This document shows positions 42,068 to 54,373 of a stretch of DNA of 64,000 nt, piece by piece. Origin of the DNA: Eledone cirrhosa (taxonomy: Eukaryota); NCBI GenBank assembly GCA_964016885.1, contig OZ024761.1, positions 18,352,001-18,416,000 on the forward strand, read 5' to 3'. How positions within the stretch are numbered: position 1 is the stretch's first letter; each line of letters opens with the position of its first letter. The notes under the pieces are model-generated. The model was not told where the DNA came from and did not search any database. It saw only the letters and a list, made by a program, of their open reading frames with translations. Position numbers and translations under genes: made by a program.

Positions 42068-42210
42068 ATAACAAAAAGGGTGTGGTAAGATACCAGCTGG
42101 ACCAGAGTACTCAATACTTAGGGTAGTAGAGTGGCTAATAGGAAAAGAGTTCGGATCTAGCTGTCGAAACGGCTGGAGCTCAGCCGTCGGGGTCCTGACT
42201 ATTTTCCTAT
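42068..42210. mobile_element. Family P1 remnant (inverted tail plus hammerhead 3' half)
   Basis: AGTACTCAATACTTAGGGTAGTAGAGTGG followed by GTCGAAACGGCTGGAGCTCAGCCGTCGGGG. Confidence 0.65.
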
Positions 42211-42221
42211 ATATATACACA

Positions 42222-42318
42222 CAGGGTGTCCCCAAAAATGTATACACACTTTGATTACCTGTACAGGCAATATTTATTAGAATGCTGTTGTCGTGTGTAT
42301 ACATTTTTTGGGGGCACC

Positions 42319-42321
<3 letters not shown>
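42222..42321. mobile_element. 100-bp Tc1/mariner-type MITE
   Basis: TIRs CAGGGTGTCCCCAAAAATGTATACAC / GTGTATACATTTTTTGGGGGCACCCTG; shorter relative at 40508-40561. Confidence 0.75.
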
Positions 42322-42374
<53 letters not shown>

Positions 42375-42812
42375 TACGCATATAAAATTCATCTTAATTT
42401 TTCATCTAGGATTAGGTTGGATATCTGAGTTTATTATTATTATTAATAAACGTGTAATAGGATTTATAAAAAAAAATAATAACCAAACAAATCAATAAAA
42501 ATTATGTGAGAGATTCGTTGGATATTTGACTGCTATTTTTAGCAGGTCGATCAACCACGTATAAGTCACTTCACACCTGAACCCGCCAAAATATATATAC
42601 AAATCAATAAATTGTTATTCCACTGTGAATGCGATGACCACATATCGATTGGTCATCGCATGGTGTGTGTGTGTGTGAGGGGGGGGGGGGGCTGTTGAGT
42701 GACACAGTAATTTCTCAACTTTTAATAATGTGTGTGTGTGTTTCTATTTGTATGTATTTGTATGTATATATATACATATATGTATGTATATATATATATA
42801 TATATATATATA

Positions 42813-43222
42813 CCCGGGAGAGATGACCCCTTAGCCTTTGTCAAGGCAGAATTCTAGGAGAAGGAAAACTCTGATATAACACCTGCAACCTTGATGGTAT
42901 CCAATGATGTTGACTTGTTCTTCTTTTTGGTAAATATCATCTTGGTTAAGAGAGTGGGACTGGCTTTGTGCAGTGCCTTTGCTCACTATAAAAAATTCAC
43001 GGCACAGGCATTGCTTTATATCTGGAGATCTCTCTACACTTGTCGTCACATGGTACCATGGGCCCAGCACTATGTGTCAATAATTGTCACAAGTGTAGTG
43101 TTTGTACCAGAGTTTTCATGTCGCAGGCTGGACTAAAAAGTCACTCGTTCAGCGCATCGGTAGGGTTTCTCCTACATGGATATAAAGTAGTGGCCATACT
43201 CGAAAACGAGTTGGCAGCCACC
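42813..43222 (+). mobile_element. Non-autonomous RTE/BovB-type element, 5'-truncated
   Basis: Reverse complement of 19381-19790. Confidence 0.75.
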
Positions 43223-43851
43223 ATATATATATATATATATTAGAAAGTGAGGTTTTTTTTACAAAGTGAAAAATAACCGAGGTGTCCTACACGAGTGAAA
43301 GTATAAAGAAAAAAAGATGAAATCGATAATGCAACTGGAGTGTTATTTTAAAAAAAATATATATATTTATTTGGTTCCTTTACCAGTTTCGCAGTCAACT
43401 ACATAATACATTGAAACAACAATAACCAAGTGACCCTCAAATCACACATCATCAGTGCCATCTCCTCAGTCAACCTCTGGAAATTACTACAGTTTCAGTT
43501 ATTTAAGGTCGATACCTTCCATTTCAGTGCACATTGGGACATAACAAAACAGGTAGAGACGAGTTATGCCTTTAGGCAAATTACATAAATATAGAGTGTG
43601 CAAGGGGTTAGCCTAAGGTAAAACCTATAGATAGGGGAGAAATAGTAAAACAGAAGAGAATAAGGACTGTTGCCCAACATGCAGACAAAGAAGGACACTG
43701 AGGTGTAGAAGGTAAGAAAGGAGAATAGGGGAATCAGGAGGGGCTGTGTGATGTCTATTATATGATAGCTTCATAAAATACCTGCATGGCTAAGTCTTTA
43801 GACTATAAATACAAAATATACAAAGAATCAAAAGAATGACGGACTGTAAAT

Positions 43852-43885
<34 letters not shown>

Positions 43886-43890
<5 letters not shown>

Positions 43891-44077
43891 AACAAGTATG
43901 ACCCCGACGGCAGAGCTCAAGCCGTTTCGACGACTAATTCAGTCCAGAATTAGCCGTCGAAACGGCTTAAGCTCTGCCGTCGGGGTCATACGTGTTCCTA
44001 TTACCCACTCTACTACCCTAAGTATTGAGTACTTTGGTGCGTTATGGTCCATCTGGTTCCTTACCACATTTCCTTCG

Positions 44078-44080
<3 letters not shown>
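43886..44080 (+). mobile_element. Family P1 palindrome
   Basis: Homologous to 12429-12630; arms centred near 43940. Confidence 0.7.
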
Positions 44081-44117
<37 letters not shown>

Positions 44118-44272
44118 TATAAATAAGCAGAAGGGATATTTAATTTGTTGGTAATTCAACAAATATAAATGGTTATAACTGATTCAGAGCACTTGACAGA
44201 TTTCTGGAGTAAATATTCAATGATATTAAATAAATGGAAACTACCATATGTGTGTATATATATATACATATG

Positions 44273-44314
<42 letters not shown>

Positions 44315-44317
<3 letters not shown>

Positions 44318-44670
44318 CTCTGGCGTCACGCAGTAATACAGGGTACCCGACCTCCCATGGGTACATGCTGAAGCATATAAACAATATGCCCCCCTCCCCA
44401 CCGCAAGGTGGTCGTGGAGGTGCCACGGCAAAAAAGCACCCAGCCCACACTGTAAAGTGGACGTGTAGGCGCCACGAAAAAGCACCCAGCACTCACTGTA
44501 AATGAGGTTGGTGTTAGGAAGGGCATCCAGCTGTAGAAATCAAGCCAGATCAGTTCCTGTATGAGCAAGGCATGGTCAGCCGACCAGACACTGCCCACAA
44601 CAGGACAACCCGTCTAACCCATGCTAGCGTGGAAGAACGGACGTAAAACGGTGATGATGATGATGATGAT
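44315..44670 (+). mobile_element. SINE B-related element with a non-tRNA head
   Basis: Unique head GACCTCTGGCGTCACGCAG... joined to the family B 3' half. Confidence 0.75.
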
Positions 44671-44985
44671 ATATTAGAATGATCGAGTATCGAAAAATCG
44701 GCGCACGAGTTAACGATAAACAAAATTCGAAATGAGCGGCAGAGGGCTCAATAATTCAGATAAATCAGAGCTATAACTATCGTTAAAATACCGTCACACA
44801 TAGAACAAGTCTAAAATCAACCGCACGATAAATAATCGATAGCAGAAGATTCGGGACACTCAGATAAAAAATATCAATAAATTAATAATATATATATATA
44901 TATATATATTTTATTTAATATAGAAATGGCTTCTGCAGGACTAGAACTATTTTATTCGGGAGAAATCATCATATATATATATATA

Positions 44986-45246
44986 TGTAGGAGGTGAGTT
45001 TTATTGTAGTACAATAAAGCAATGCAGATATCGGATAAGAAGCACTCTACAGTTTGTAGGACTGGAGTATACATAATATATGTTGATTTAAAACTGAACT
45101 ATCCACAAGTGTTTTTTAACCTTCATATCATGTCTTCCTGTTTTATCTGATGAAAACACAAATATTATTGCATGATAATATTTGTTTTTGAAATGCGCAT
45201 AATAAAATACATGGAACTCTTTTAACCATCTTTTGTTCTTATATAT
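44986..45246. mobile_element. Family P3 element: inverted tail plus forward hammerhead arm
   Basis: 44986-45082 is the reverse complement of 20688-20782; 45140-45246 matches 20587-20690. Confidence 0.75.
45139..45209 (+). ncRNA. Type I hammerhead ribozyme (family P3)
   Basis: TGTTTTAT-CTGATGA-AAACACAAATATTAT(tgcatg)ATAATATTTGTTTTT-GAA-ATGCGCAT-A-ATAAAATA. Confidence 0.75.
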
Positions 45247-46430
45247 CATCATCAACGTTTAACGTCCGTGTTCCACGCTTGCATGGGTTTGGACGGGGGT
45301 AGTCCCACTTGAGGCAAGAGTGATTGTCTTGCTCGCATAGGACTGTCTGGCAGGTTTTCTACAGTTGGATGCCCTTCCTAACACCAACCACATTTACAGT
45401 GTGGGTCTGGGAGGTTTTTACCGTGTTGCCTACACGGCCACATTACAGCGTGGACTGTGTGTTTTTTTGTCGTGACACCTACACGATCTCATTTGTTTCG
45501 GCCTGGATGGCGCGGCACCAACATAACTTTACATAGAACGGGGTGGTGTGGATGGGGTGGGGGTGGTGGCGGGACGGGGTGTAGTTTGTTAGAGATGCCT
45601 ACTGGCAAGGCGGGTCTTCTCTGTTACTGAGTACCGCCAAAGGTCACGGTCCAGTGACATTGTCTTGGAGAGGTGTAAGTGTGTGAGGTCGGAGTTTATC
45701 AGCTCATCCCATGTTTTTCTAGGTCTGCCTATTCCGTGGCTACCGTCTATCTTTATTGCCCTGCACTTTGTAATACAGCTATCGACTTTCATGCGCATCA
45801 CGTGTCCATACCAACGCAGCCTTCTCTCGAGTAAACAACATCTGATCCCTCTTATCTCTAATTTTTTCCTTAGTTCGTTTATGCTTTGCCGTTCACGTAT
45901 ATTACTGTTACACATCCAGCGGAGCATGCAAGCTTCGTTCCTCTCTAGTCTGCGTATATCCTCTGCACACAATGCCCAGGTCTCACTACCATGCAACATT
46001 GCTGTTCGTATGCAGGCATCGTACAACCTGCCTTTCATTTTTAGGGAGAACCCTTTAGCAGCTAATAGTGGTATAAGCTCTCTGAACTTTTTCCAACCAG
46101 TTCTGACTCTAGCTACAGTACTTTCAGAGCACCCTCCCCCACTGCTGATTTTATCGCCCAGGTAACGGAAGCTGTCCACTATTTCTATAGAACCCTCTGC
46201 GCAATTGAAAGAGCTAGTATTTTGTGGGCACTTGCTGCTACTTATTGCACCAGAACACCGGCCACATGTAAAGTCTATGTTCTTAGTTAGCTTACCTGTG
46301 ATCCCACTACATCTTTTATGCACCCATACTTTGCATTTAGGACATAAGATGGAGTTTCTACCTACGCCTTTCCTACATACCGAGCACGACCATTTCCCAG
46401 AAGGGACCGCCGCCTTGTTTTCTTTCCTAC
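45247..46430 (-). mobile_element. 5'-truncated RTE-clade LINE: ORF2 C-terminal part with PHD-like finger plus 3'UTR
   Basis: Uninterrupted frame 45589-46430: CSVC...CPKC...HKRC...CGRC, then FRYLG, LHGSETW, RRLRWYGHV, GRPRKTW, DRDLWR. Confidence 0.9.
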
Positions 46431-46639
46431 AAACTAGAATATATATATATATGTATATATACACACACACATATATGCATACACACATATACACATACAC
46501 GCTATAGATATTGTATAACCTGGCACTATGTATAGAAAAGAAAATGTGTGGGTGTATATATATATATAAGTAGGTATATATATCTACATACATATATATA
46601 TATATATATATGCACACACACACACATATATATATACAT

Positions 46640-46698
<59 letters not shown>

Positions 46699-46973
46699 TA
46701 TTTACACATGCACACACACATATATATATATATATATATACACATATTTACATATACACACATACATATGTATATTATCGTACACACACGCACACAGACA
46801 CACACACACACATATATATATATACACACACATTTGTATATGTAAAAGAATAAATATTGTATGCTTTAGTTGTTATTGTTGTTTACATTTTCTTGTACTG
46901 CTTATATAACATTTCTTCCTTTCTTTCTTTCCTCTTTCTGTGTGTTATCCCACTTTTACCTGCTGCCCTTCAG

Positions 46974-47097
46974 CTGGGAAACTATCCCATTGCCCTGGAT
47001 GTACCCATGCCATCAGTTTAGGCAATGATGATGATGATGATGACCCTACAGTTGTTGTGCAGGCTCTTGATGCAATCTGGCACCCCACCTGCTTCAG
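46974..47097 (+). CDS. LIMK: LIM-domain exon, probably LIM kinase exon 2
   Basis: Polypyrimidine tract and CTTCAG acceptor, CAG|GTAGGT donor; GKLSHCPGCTHAISLGNDDDDDDPTVVVQALDAIWHPTCF(R). CxxC...QAL...WHxxCFR with phase-1/phase-2 borders fits LIMK exon 2 as I recall it. The LIM domain is solid; the kinase identity is inferred. Confidence 0.8.
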
Positions 47098-47126
47098 GTA
47101 GGTTCAGTAAACATTTTTTTATAATT

Positions 47127-47162
<36 letters not shown>

Positions 47163-47202
47163 AAATATATATATATATATAATAAAATATATATAAATAT
47201 AT

Positions 47203-47241
<39 letters not shown>

Positions 47242-47253
47242 TAAATATATAAT

Positions 47254-47315
<62 letters not shown>

Positions 47316-47325
47316 AGAGGTTATA

Positions 47326-47610
47326 TTTAATTTGTTGGGATACAACAAGCAAAATATTTTTATAACTGATATAAAGCACTCAACAAATTATTGGAGTAAC
47401 TATACAATATATTAACAGGAGATATCCAGGAGATTCCAACCAGAATGGTTGCATTTTTATGGGTATGTCAATATTTATTTATAAAACTAACCTATATTAT
47501 ATTTTATCTGATGAAAGCGCACCATAGTTTGCTTTGGTGGCCCTTGAAATATGTATAATGAAATAAATATGGTTTTATAAATATAGTCTCCATTTTTTAA
47601 TATATTGTAT
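47326..47610. mobile_element. Family P2 element: inverted tail plus forward hammerhead arm
   Basis: 47326-47418 is the reverse complement of the 20295-20385 tail; 47446-47610 is the forward arm. Confidence 0.75.
47500..47565 (+). ncRNA. Type I hammerhead ribozyme (family P2)
   Basis: TATTTTAT-CTGATGA-AAGCGCACCA(10 nt)TGGTGGCCCTT-GAA-ATATGTAT-A-ATGAAATA. Confidence 0.7.
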
Positions 47611-47749
47611 ATATATATATATATATTTATATTGATGAGCTTTTGATTCCAAAGTCGGGCCCGATCAATACAAATCAAACCTTGAGCTGATCAATCATGA
47701 AACGCACGTCACTCCTCAATAAATGTAATGAAAATTTAACACCTCGTCC

Positions 47750-47781
<32 letters not shown>

Positions 47782-47810
47782 TTATGTAATAAACAACATA
47801 AGGCAAATTA

Positions 47811-47871
47811 TTTCATTTACCAGTGGTTTCTTGAAAGCAAACAAATTTTGCTTTCAATCATCAGAATGAAA
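47811..47871 (-). ncRNA. Type I hammerhead ribozyme, fully paired
   Basis: TTTCATT-CTGATGA-TTGAAAGCAAA(atttg)TTTGCTTTCAA-GAA-ACCA(c)TGGT-A-AATGAAA. Confidence 0.8.
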
Positions 47872-48119
47872 AAATCCTGGTGTATTTATTAACATTGGAT
47901 TTTAAAAACAAAAATATAATCTATATGAAAGTGAGGCTGGAAAAGGAAGAAGGAAAGGAAAAATAAACACACATGCACACACACACACACACACACACAC
48001 ACCAATCATCAGAATGAAAAAATCCTGGTGTATTTATTATAGAGCACTCTTTTTTTCCTGGACCTTTCTGATGGAATTACTTCATGTATATATATATATA
48101 TGTATGTATATGTATATTG

Positions 48120-48420
48120 TGCAGTGTGCAATGCTGCATGATAGTATAACATGGGCTGTGACTGCAGCAGAGGACATACGTAGACTGGAGAGAAATGAAG
48201 CAACCATGTTTTGTTGGATGTGCAATGTAAATGTGAGAGAAAGGCAGAGCTTGGACTAAGTGAGGGAGAAGCTTCATTTAAGGGGAATCCGAGATGGTGT
48301 GAAGAGAGAAGGCAGAGGAGATTATGAAGGAATGCGACAAGTGGAGAGATGCTGTACTGAGTAGGACCCATCCAACCCATGCAAGCATGGAAAGGCAGAC
48401 GTAAAAACGATAATGATGAT
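48120..48420 (+). mobile_element. Degenerate RTE LINE 3' fragment
   Basis: AMLHDSITWAVTAAEDIRRLERNEATMFCWMCNVNVRERQS; RTE tail. Confidence 0.8.
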
Positions 48421-48454
48421 ATATATATGTGTGTCTGTGTGTGTGTGTGCGTGT

Positions 48455-48661
48455 GTGAGTCCCAGGCTCATTCGAGTGTAACCACAGTTAGGAAGGTACT
48501 CAATACATTGGTAGAGTGTAAATATCAAGTTTAATATAGAAAAGTCTTCTACAGGAATAGAACTGTTTCATTCAAGAGAAATCACCAGGAAAGCTTTTCC
48601 TGGTGATTTCTTTTGAATGAAACAGTTCTCGTCCTGTAGAAACCATTTCTATATTAAACTT
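48455..48661 (-). mobile_element. Family P5 palindrome
   Basis: Arms 48528-48593/48596-48661; both cores read CTGGTGA; tail CACTCTACCAATGTATTGAGTACC. Confidence 0.7.
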
Positions 48662-48684
48662 CATATATATATATGTATAATAAT

Positions 48685-48960
48685 AATTGTTTCTACTTTT
48701 GGCACAAGCCCAGCAATTACTCAGTGCATTACTGGTACTTTATTTTATCGACCCTGTAAGGATGAAAGGCAAAGTTAACCTCGACGGGATTTGAACTCAG
48801 AATGGCAAGGGCCGTAACTATGCTAGTTACTACCGATACTGCTAATTCACCGCCCTTTAATGATAATAATTGTTTCTACTTTTGGCACAAGGCCAGCAAT
48901 TACCCAGTGCATTACTGGTACTTTATTCTATCGACCCCGTAAGGATGAAAGGCAAAGTTA
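48685..48960 (-). mobile_element. SINE family A, one near-full copy (48685-48854) plus a 3' fragment (48867-48960)
   Basis: Reverse complement of family A. Confidence 0.85.
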
Positions 48961-48984
48961 TCTGATTTAGATGCATGTACTTCA

Positions 48985-49242
48985 TTAGACACATGGAATT
49001 CAAAAAGGTGCTCAGGGTTGTTGTTGGAAAAATGGTTACTAATCTTGTGGGTGTCTACCAAGTCAGCCACCAGATGTCAGAGCTTTAATGTATCCAAGCC
49101 CAGGAAGGCAAGATGTTCAGAGTATGGCAGATGCCTGATGGAGGGTATTCGCTTGGTTGCACGCCTCTGAACAGTTTCCAGGAGATCGATATCTCAAGGT
49201 GCAGCTTGAAAGATACTGCATATTTCAGCACTGTGGCATTCT
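48985..49242 (-). mobile_element. CR1/L2-type LINE ORF2 fragment
   Basis: DIDLLETVQRRATKRIPSIRHLPYSEHLAFLGLDTLKL*HLVADLVDTHKI...HLFEFHVS; overlaps in sequence with the 2620-2790 fragment. Confidence 0.85.
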
Positions 49243-49254
49243 TTATATATATAT

Positions 49255-49479
49255 AAAAAATGGAACGATCGACTTTCGTCAAATCGGACCGAGGGAACAA
49301 TGTTTCCGTTGGTCTTTCCAATTGCTAATACTATCTATCGGTCGCAACTCCAGGTAGAAGGAGCAACGTGAAATAAAGTGTCTTGCTCAAGGACATAACG
49401 CATCGCCTGGTCCAGGAATCGAACTCACAACCTTACGATTGCGAATCCAATTCTCTAACCACTCAGCCACACGCCTTCA
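49255..49479 (-). mobile_element. tRNA-derived SINE family C ending in oligo-T
   Basis: TGGCTGAGTGGTTAG and GAGTTCGATTCC boxes, CCTTGAGCAAGACACTTTA core, distinct 3' end; second copy at 54984-55214. Confidence 0.8.
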
Positions 49480-49762
49480 CTTTTATTTATATATATATAT
49501 ATATACAGTTATACTTTGGGAGGGTCATGTTGCCAATAAAAACACACGCACCTGTTCGTTTTCACTTCAATTTATTATAAATATCCGGTTGGCTGGTTGG
49601 TTCGATAACTGGAAGGTTTATATATTGTCAAAGGTCTTTCGTCACACATTCTGTGACCTCCTCAGTGACTGTTTTTTTAAATTTTGTGTGTCTCTCCTTT
49701 GCTCTGTCCTACAAGCGTGGAACATGGACGTTAAACGATGATGATGATGATATATATACAAG

Positions 49763-49808
<46 letters not shown>

Positions 49809-49809
49809 C

Positions 49810-49867
<58 letters not shown>

Positions 49868-50210
49868 GGAGGCACATGGCTTAGTGGTTAGAGCATTGGC
49901 CTTGCAATCGAAAGGTTGTGAGTTCAATTCTCAGACCGGGTGATGTGTTGTTTCCTTGAACAAGACACTTTATTTCACATTGCTCCAGTTTACTCAGCTG
50001 TAGAAATGAGATGATAGGGACTGGGGTCTCTATCATTCCACTGCAAAGTGGTCGTGGAGGTGACACGGCGAAAAAGCACCCAGCACTCACTGTAAATGAG
50101 GTTGGTGTTAGGAAGGGCATCCAGCTGTAGAAATCAAGCCAGAATCAGTTCCCGTCCCACCCTTGCAAGCAGGGAAAAGGGGACGTAAAATGATGATGAA
50201 TGATGATGAT
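49868..50210 (+). mobile_element. SINE family B, full length
   Basis: GGAGGCACATGGCTTAGTGGTTAG...GGACGTAAAA(TGA)n. Confidence 0.9.
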
Positions 50211-50238
50211 GATATATATATATATATATGTTTGTGTG

Positions 50239-50272
<34 letters not shown>

Positions 50273-50435
50273 TACATACACAGTTGTACACAAAGCCCTT
50301 TTTAACTTTATGATGCTGATAAAGATAATGGTGATGATGATGATGATTGGGGGGGGGGGTCAGAGGACAATGACTGAAGTGATGTATACTAGTGACAGTG
50401 ATGAACATGGTGGTTAAAGTGACGAAAATAGTCAT

Positions 50436-50828
50436 GATGATGATGATGATGATACAGGGAGGGTGATGGCATTGCTGGTGATGATGATGATGATAGAGGG
50501 AGGGTGATGGCCTTGCTGGTGATTACGATGATGATGATGATGATGATAGAGGGAGGGTGATGGCCTTGCTGGTGATGATGATGATGATGATGATCATGAT
50601 AGAGGGAGGGTGATGGCCTTGCTGGTGATGATGATGATGATCATGATGATGATGATACGGGGAGGGTGATGGCCTTGCTGGTGATGATGATGATGATGAT
50701 GATCATGATAGAGGGAGGGTGATGGCCTTGCTGGTGATGATGATGATGATACGGGGAGGGTGATGGCCTTGCTGGTGATGACGATGATGATGATGATCAT
50801 GATAGAGGGAGGGTGATGGCCTTGCTGG

Positions 50829-50859
<31 letters not shown>

Positions 50860-51276
50860 ACGGGGAGGGTGATGGCCTTGCTGGTGATGATGATGATGAT
50901 ACGGGGAGGGTGATGGCCTTGCTGGTGATGATGATGATGATACGGGGAGGGTGATGGCCTTGCTGGTGATGATGATGACGATGATGATAGAGGGAGGGTG
51001 ATGGCCTTGCTGGTGATGACGATGATGATGATGATGATGAGCAGGATGATAATAGAGAGACGATTATGACCTTGCTGGTGGTGATGGTGATGATGATGAT
51101 GATGGTGGTGGTGATACTGATGACTGTGATATTGATGACGATGGTGGTGGTGGTGGTGGTGATAATGTTGACTATGCTGATGATGATGATACAGAGAGGA
51201 TGATGGCCATGGTGATGGCGACGATGATGATAATGATGACATGATGATGATGATGATGATGGTACAGAGGCTAATT

Positions 51277-51336
<60 letters not shown>

Positions 51337-51347
51337 GTGGTGATGAC

Positions 51348-51405
<58 letters not shown>

Positions 51406-51409
51406 GTGG

Positions 51410-51477
<68 letters not shown>

Positions 51478-52630
51478 ACGTTAGTGGTGATGACGATGTT
51501 GGTTCTGATGATGCTGATGATGATGATGATGATAGTGGTGACAATGATGATGTTGTTGATGATGATGATGATGATGATAGTGGTAGTGGTGATAATGATG
51601 TTGATGATGATGATGATGATAGTGGTAGTGGTGACAATGATGATGATGTTGATGATGATGATGATGATGTTGTTGATGATAGTGATGCTGCTGGTGATAG
51701 TTGCGGTGATAATACTGATGTTGATGATGATGATGATGATGATGGCAGTGCTGATAATACTGATAATTAAGATGTGTTTTATGATGATGATGATGATGAT
51801 GATAGCAGTGCTGTTGTTGGTGGCGGCAGTGGTGGCGGTGGCGACAGTGGCGGCGGTGGTGGCGGTGGCGGCAGTGGCGGTGGCGGTGGGGGCTATAATA
51901 ACAATGACTATATTACTACCAACCAACTAAGATCTAGTTCACTAGTGCAACTAACCAACTATCCATAGTTTATATGTCTACTGGAGTTTTATGTGGTGTT
52001 TTATGTAGGGTGGTGGTGGTGTGGTGGTGTGGTGGTGTGGTGGTGTGGTGGTGGTGCTGTGGTGTGGTGGTGGTGCTGTGGTGGTGGTGGTGGTGCTGTG
52101 GTGTGGTGGAGTAGTGGTGGTGGTGTGGTGGTGTGGTGTGGTGGTGGTGGTGGCAGTGGTGGTGTGGTGGTGGTGGTGGAGCAGTGGTGTGGTGTGGTGG
52201 TGGTGGAGCAGTGGTGTGGTGTGGTGTGGTGGTGGTGTGGTGGTGGTGGTGGCAGTGGTGGTGGTGTGGTGGTGGTGTGGTGGTGGTGGTGGAGCAGTGG
52301 TGTGGTGTGGTGGTGGTGGCAGTGGTGTGGTGGTGGCAGTGGTGGTGGTGGTGGCAGTGGTGTGGTGGTGGTGGTGGTGCAGTGTGGGGGGTGGAGTAGT
52401 GGTGGCAGTGGAGTGATGGTGGTGTGGTGGTGGTGGTGGTAGTGGAGCGGTGGTGTGGTGTGGTGTGGTGGTAGTGGCGGTGGAGGTGTGATGGTGGTGG
52501 TGTGGTGGTGGTGGCAGTGGAGTGATGGTGGTGTGGTGGTGGTGGTAGTGGAGCGGTGGTGGTGGTGGTGGTGGTAGTGGAATGGTGGTGGAGTGGAGGT
52601 GGCAGCGGTGGTGGTGGTGGCAGAGGTGGA
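50436..52630. repeat. GAGGGTGATGGCCTTGCTGGT(GAT)n minisatellite followed by (GAT)n and (GGT/GGTGT)n tracts
   Basis: Seen directly. Confidence 0.9.
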
Positions 52631-52880
52631 GTGGGAAGGTGAAGGAGTGGGGTGGTGATGGCTTTTTAAGCTTTCTAAGACATGTTTGTATTTATACGGC
52701 TGTGTGTATATTATGTATGTGTATAATTTGTATATATATATATATATTTGTATTTACATGTCTGTATGTATATATATATTTGTATTTATATGTCTGTGTG
52801 TATACATATATGTATGTATATATATTTGTGTATATGTATGTATGTGTATATATATTTGTATTTACACATCTGTATATATA

Positions 52881-53759
52881 CAGGGTGCGGACGATATTTG
52901 TTCGCAAGATTACTGTCTAGGAAAAAATAACACAGTAGTTTTATTTTTTAAGATATATTTATCAAACTTGGGTCAGTTTGTCTTCATGATTTGTTCTTTC
53001 AATCTCACTCGATAAACCTGCCATTGGCTTTGATGATGGCCTCAAGGCGGCCTCGGAACCGGCTACAGGCCTTCGTCACTGTCCCCCGACTTAGGCTCCT
53101 AAAGGCACTTGTGATCCTGGCCTTCAGATCGTCTTTCGTATTGTAGCTAGATCTGTTGGTGTCTCGTTCCACTGCGCCCTACACAAAGAAGTCATGGGGG
53201 TTGCAGTCAGGCGAGCTGGGAGGCCAGATGTCAGGTGAAGTGAGGTCGACGAAGTTCTCTGACAGCCAGGCTTGGGTCTTTCGGCTGGTATGGCAGGGCG
53301 CTGAGTCTTGCTGCCACACGTATGGCCTACCTGCAGCTACCTGGTCGATCCAGGGCTTTACTACCTCGCTCAGAACGCGGATGTAGCCATCGGTGTTCAG
53401 CTTGAGGCCCTCAGGGAAGAAGTGAGGTGGCATGACATCACCCTGACTGCTGACAACACCTAAGACCAATGTTGTCGCTGGAAACTTTATCTGCATGACT
53501 CTGGGCACGTCTTTGGATGAGACAACGAGCCACCTGGTGTTCTGGGAGTTGATCTTCTGGTCTTATTTGTCCTCCCAGCGCAGATTCCAAGAAGAACTCT
53601 GTGTCTCTTCCACGAATTTGGAGGTTCAAAATTATTCATAATCAATTATTCTGAAAATAATTAATGGAAATATAGTCACTGTTTTTATGAAGACAAGTGT
53701 TACAGCGGAAGTTAAAAAAATTTGCATAAAATTAGCGAACAAATATCGTCCGCACCCTG
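52881..53759 (-). mobile_element. Internally deleted Tc1/mariner transposon, DD37D (maT) family
   Basis: Perfect 25-bp TIR CAGGGTGCGGACGATATTTGTTCGC, TA TSD; transposase remnant QQDSAPCH...WPPSSPDCNPHD with 37 residues between the catalytic Asp residues; premature stop at 53179. Confidence 0.92.
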
Positions 53760-53969
53760 TATATTAAGAAAGAATATGCTCCTAAATCATTAGACGTGGG
53801 CGTCGAACCTGCGGGTACAGAATCAGACAGATCCACACAATGATCGCTTCTCGAGCTGTCTGCCGGCGAAACAATTGTAGCACACAATAAATTGAGTTTA
53901 GATGCATCACTGAATTTTCATTTTCTATTATATATATATGTATATATATATGTATAATATATATGTATG

Positions 53970-54069
<100 letters not shown>

Positions 54070-54173
54070 TTAAAGGTTAAAGAAGGTTCAATGAATAAAT
54101 TAAAGAATTAGTTTCACACTACCATGACTGGATCTTAACCATCTACTATGTCAGGGTATGTCATGCATCATCT

Positions 54174-54240
54174 TATTTTATCTGATGAGGATGTACTGTT
54201 GAAGTTAGCTCAGTACCTCTGAAATATGTATAATAAAATA
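54174..54240 (+). ncRNA. Type I hammerhead ribozyme
   Basis: TATTTTAT-CTGATGA-GGATGTACTG(12 nt)CAGTACCTCT-GAA-ATATGTAT-A-ATAAAATA. Confidence 0.75.
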
Positions 54241-54373
54241 TACTTGATCACAATGAAGTTCTATTTTTGTTAATATTTTGAATGAATATATATATATTAT
54301 ATATATAACTATATTTAACTATATATATTGAGTATATATATTAACTATATATATTAACTATATATATGAGTAT

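Noticed and set aside
44340-44385. Resemblance of GTACATGCTGAAGCATATAAACAA to the 28S rRNA 5' end
   Set aside because: Short, gapped similarity; the same motif occurs in another RTE-associated repeat near 63630.
49868-49945. tRNA genes at SINE heads
   Set aside because: A/B boxes are present but the cloverleaf is incomplete and always fused to SINE bodies.
53825-53885. GAA-ACAATTGT-A with an upstream hairpin
   Set aside because: Palindromic helix III-like segment but no CUGANGA core.
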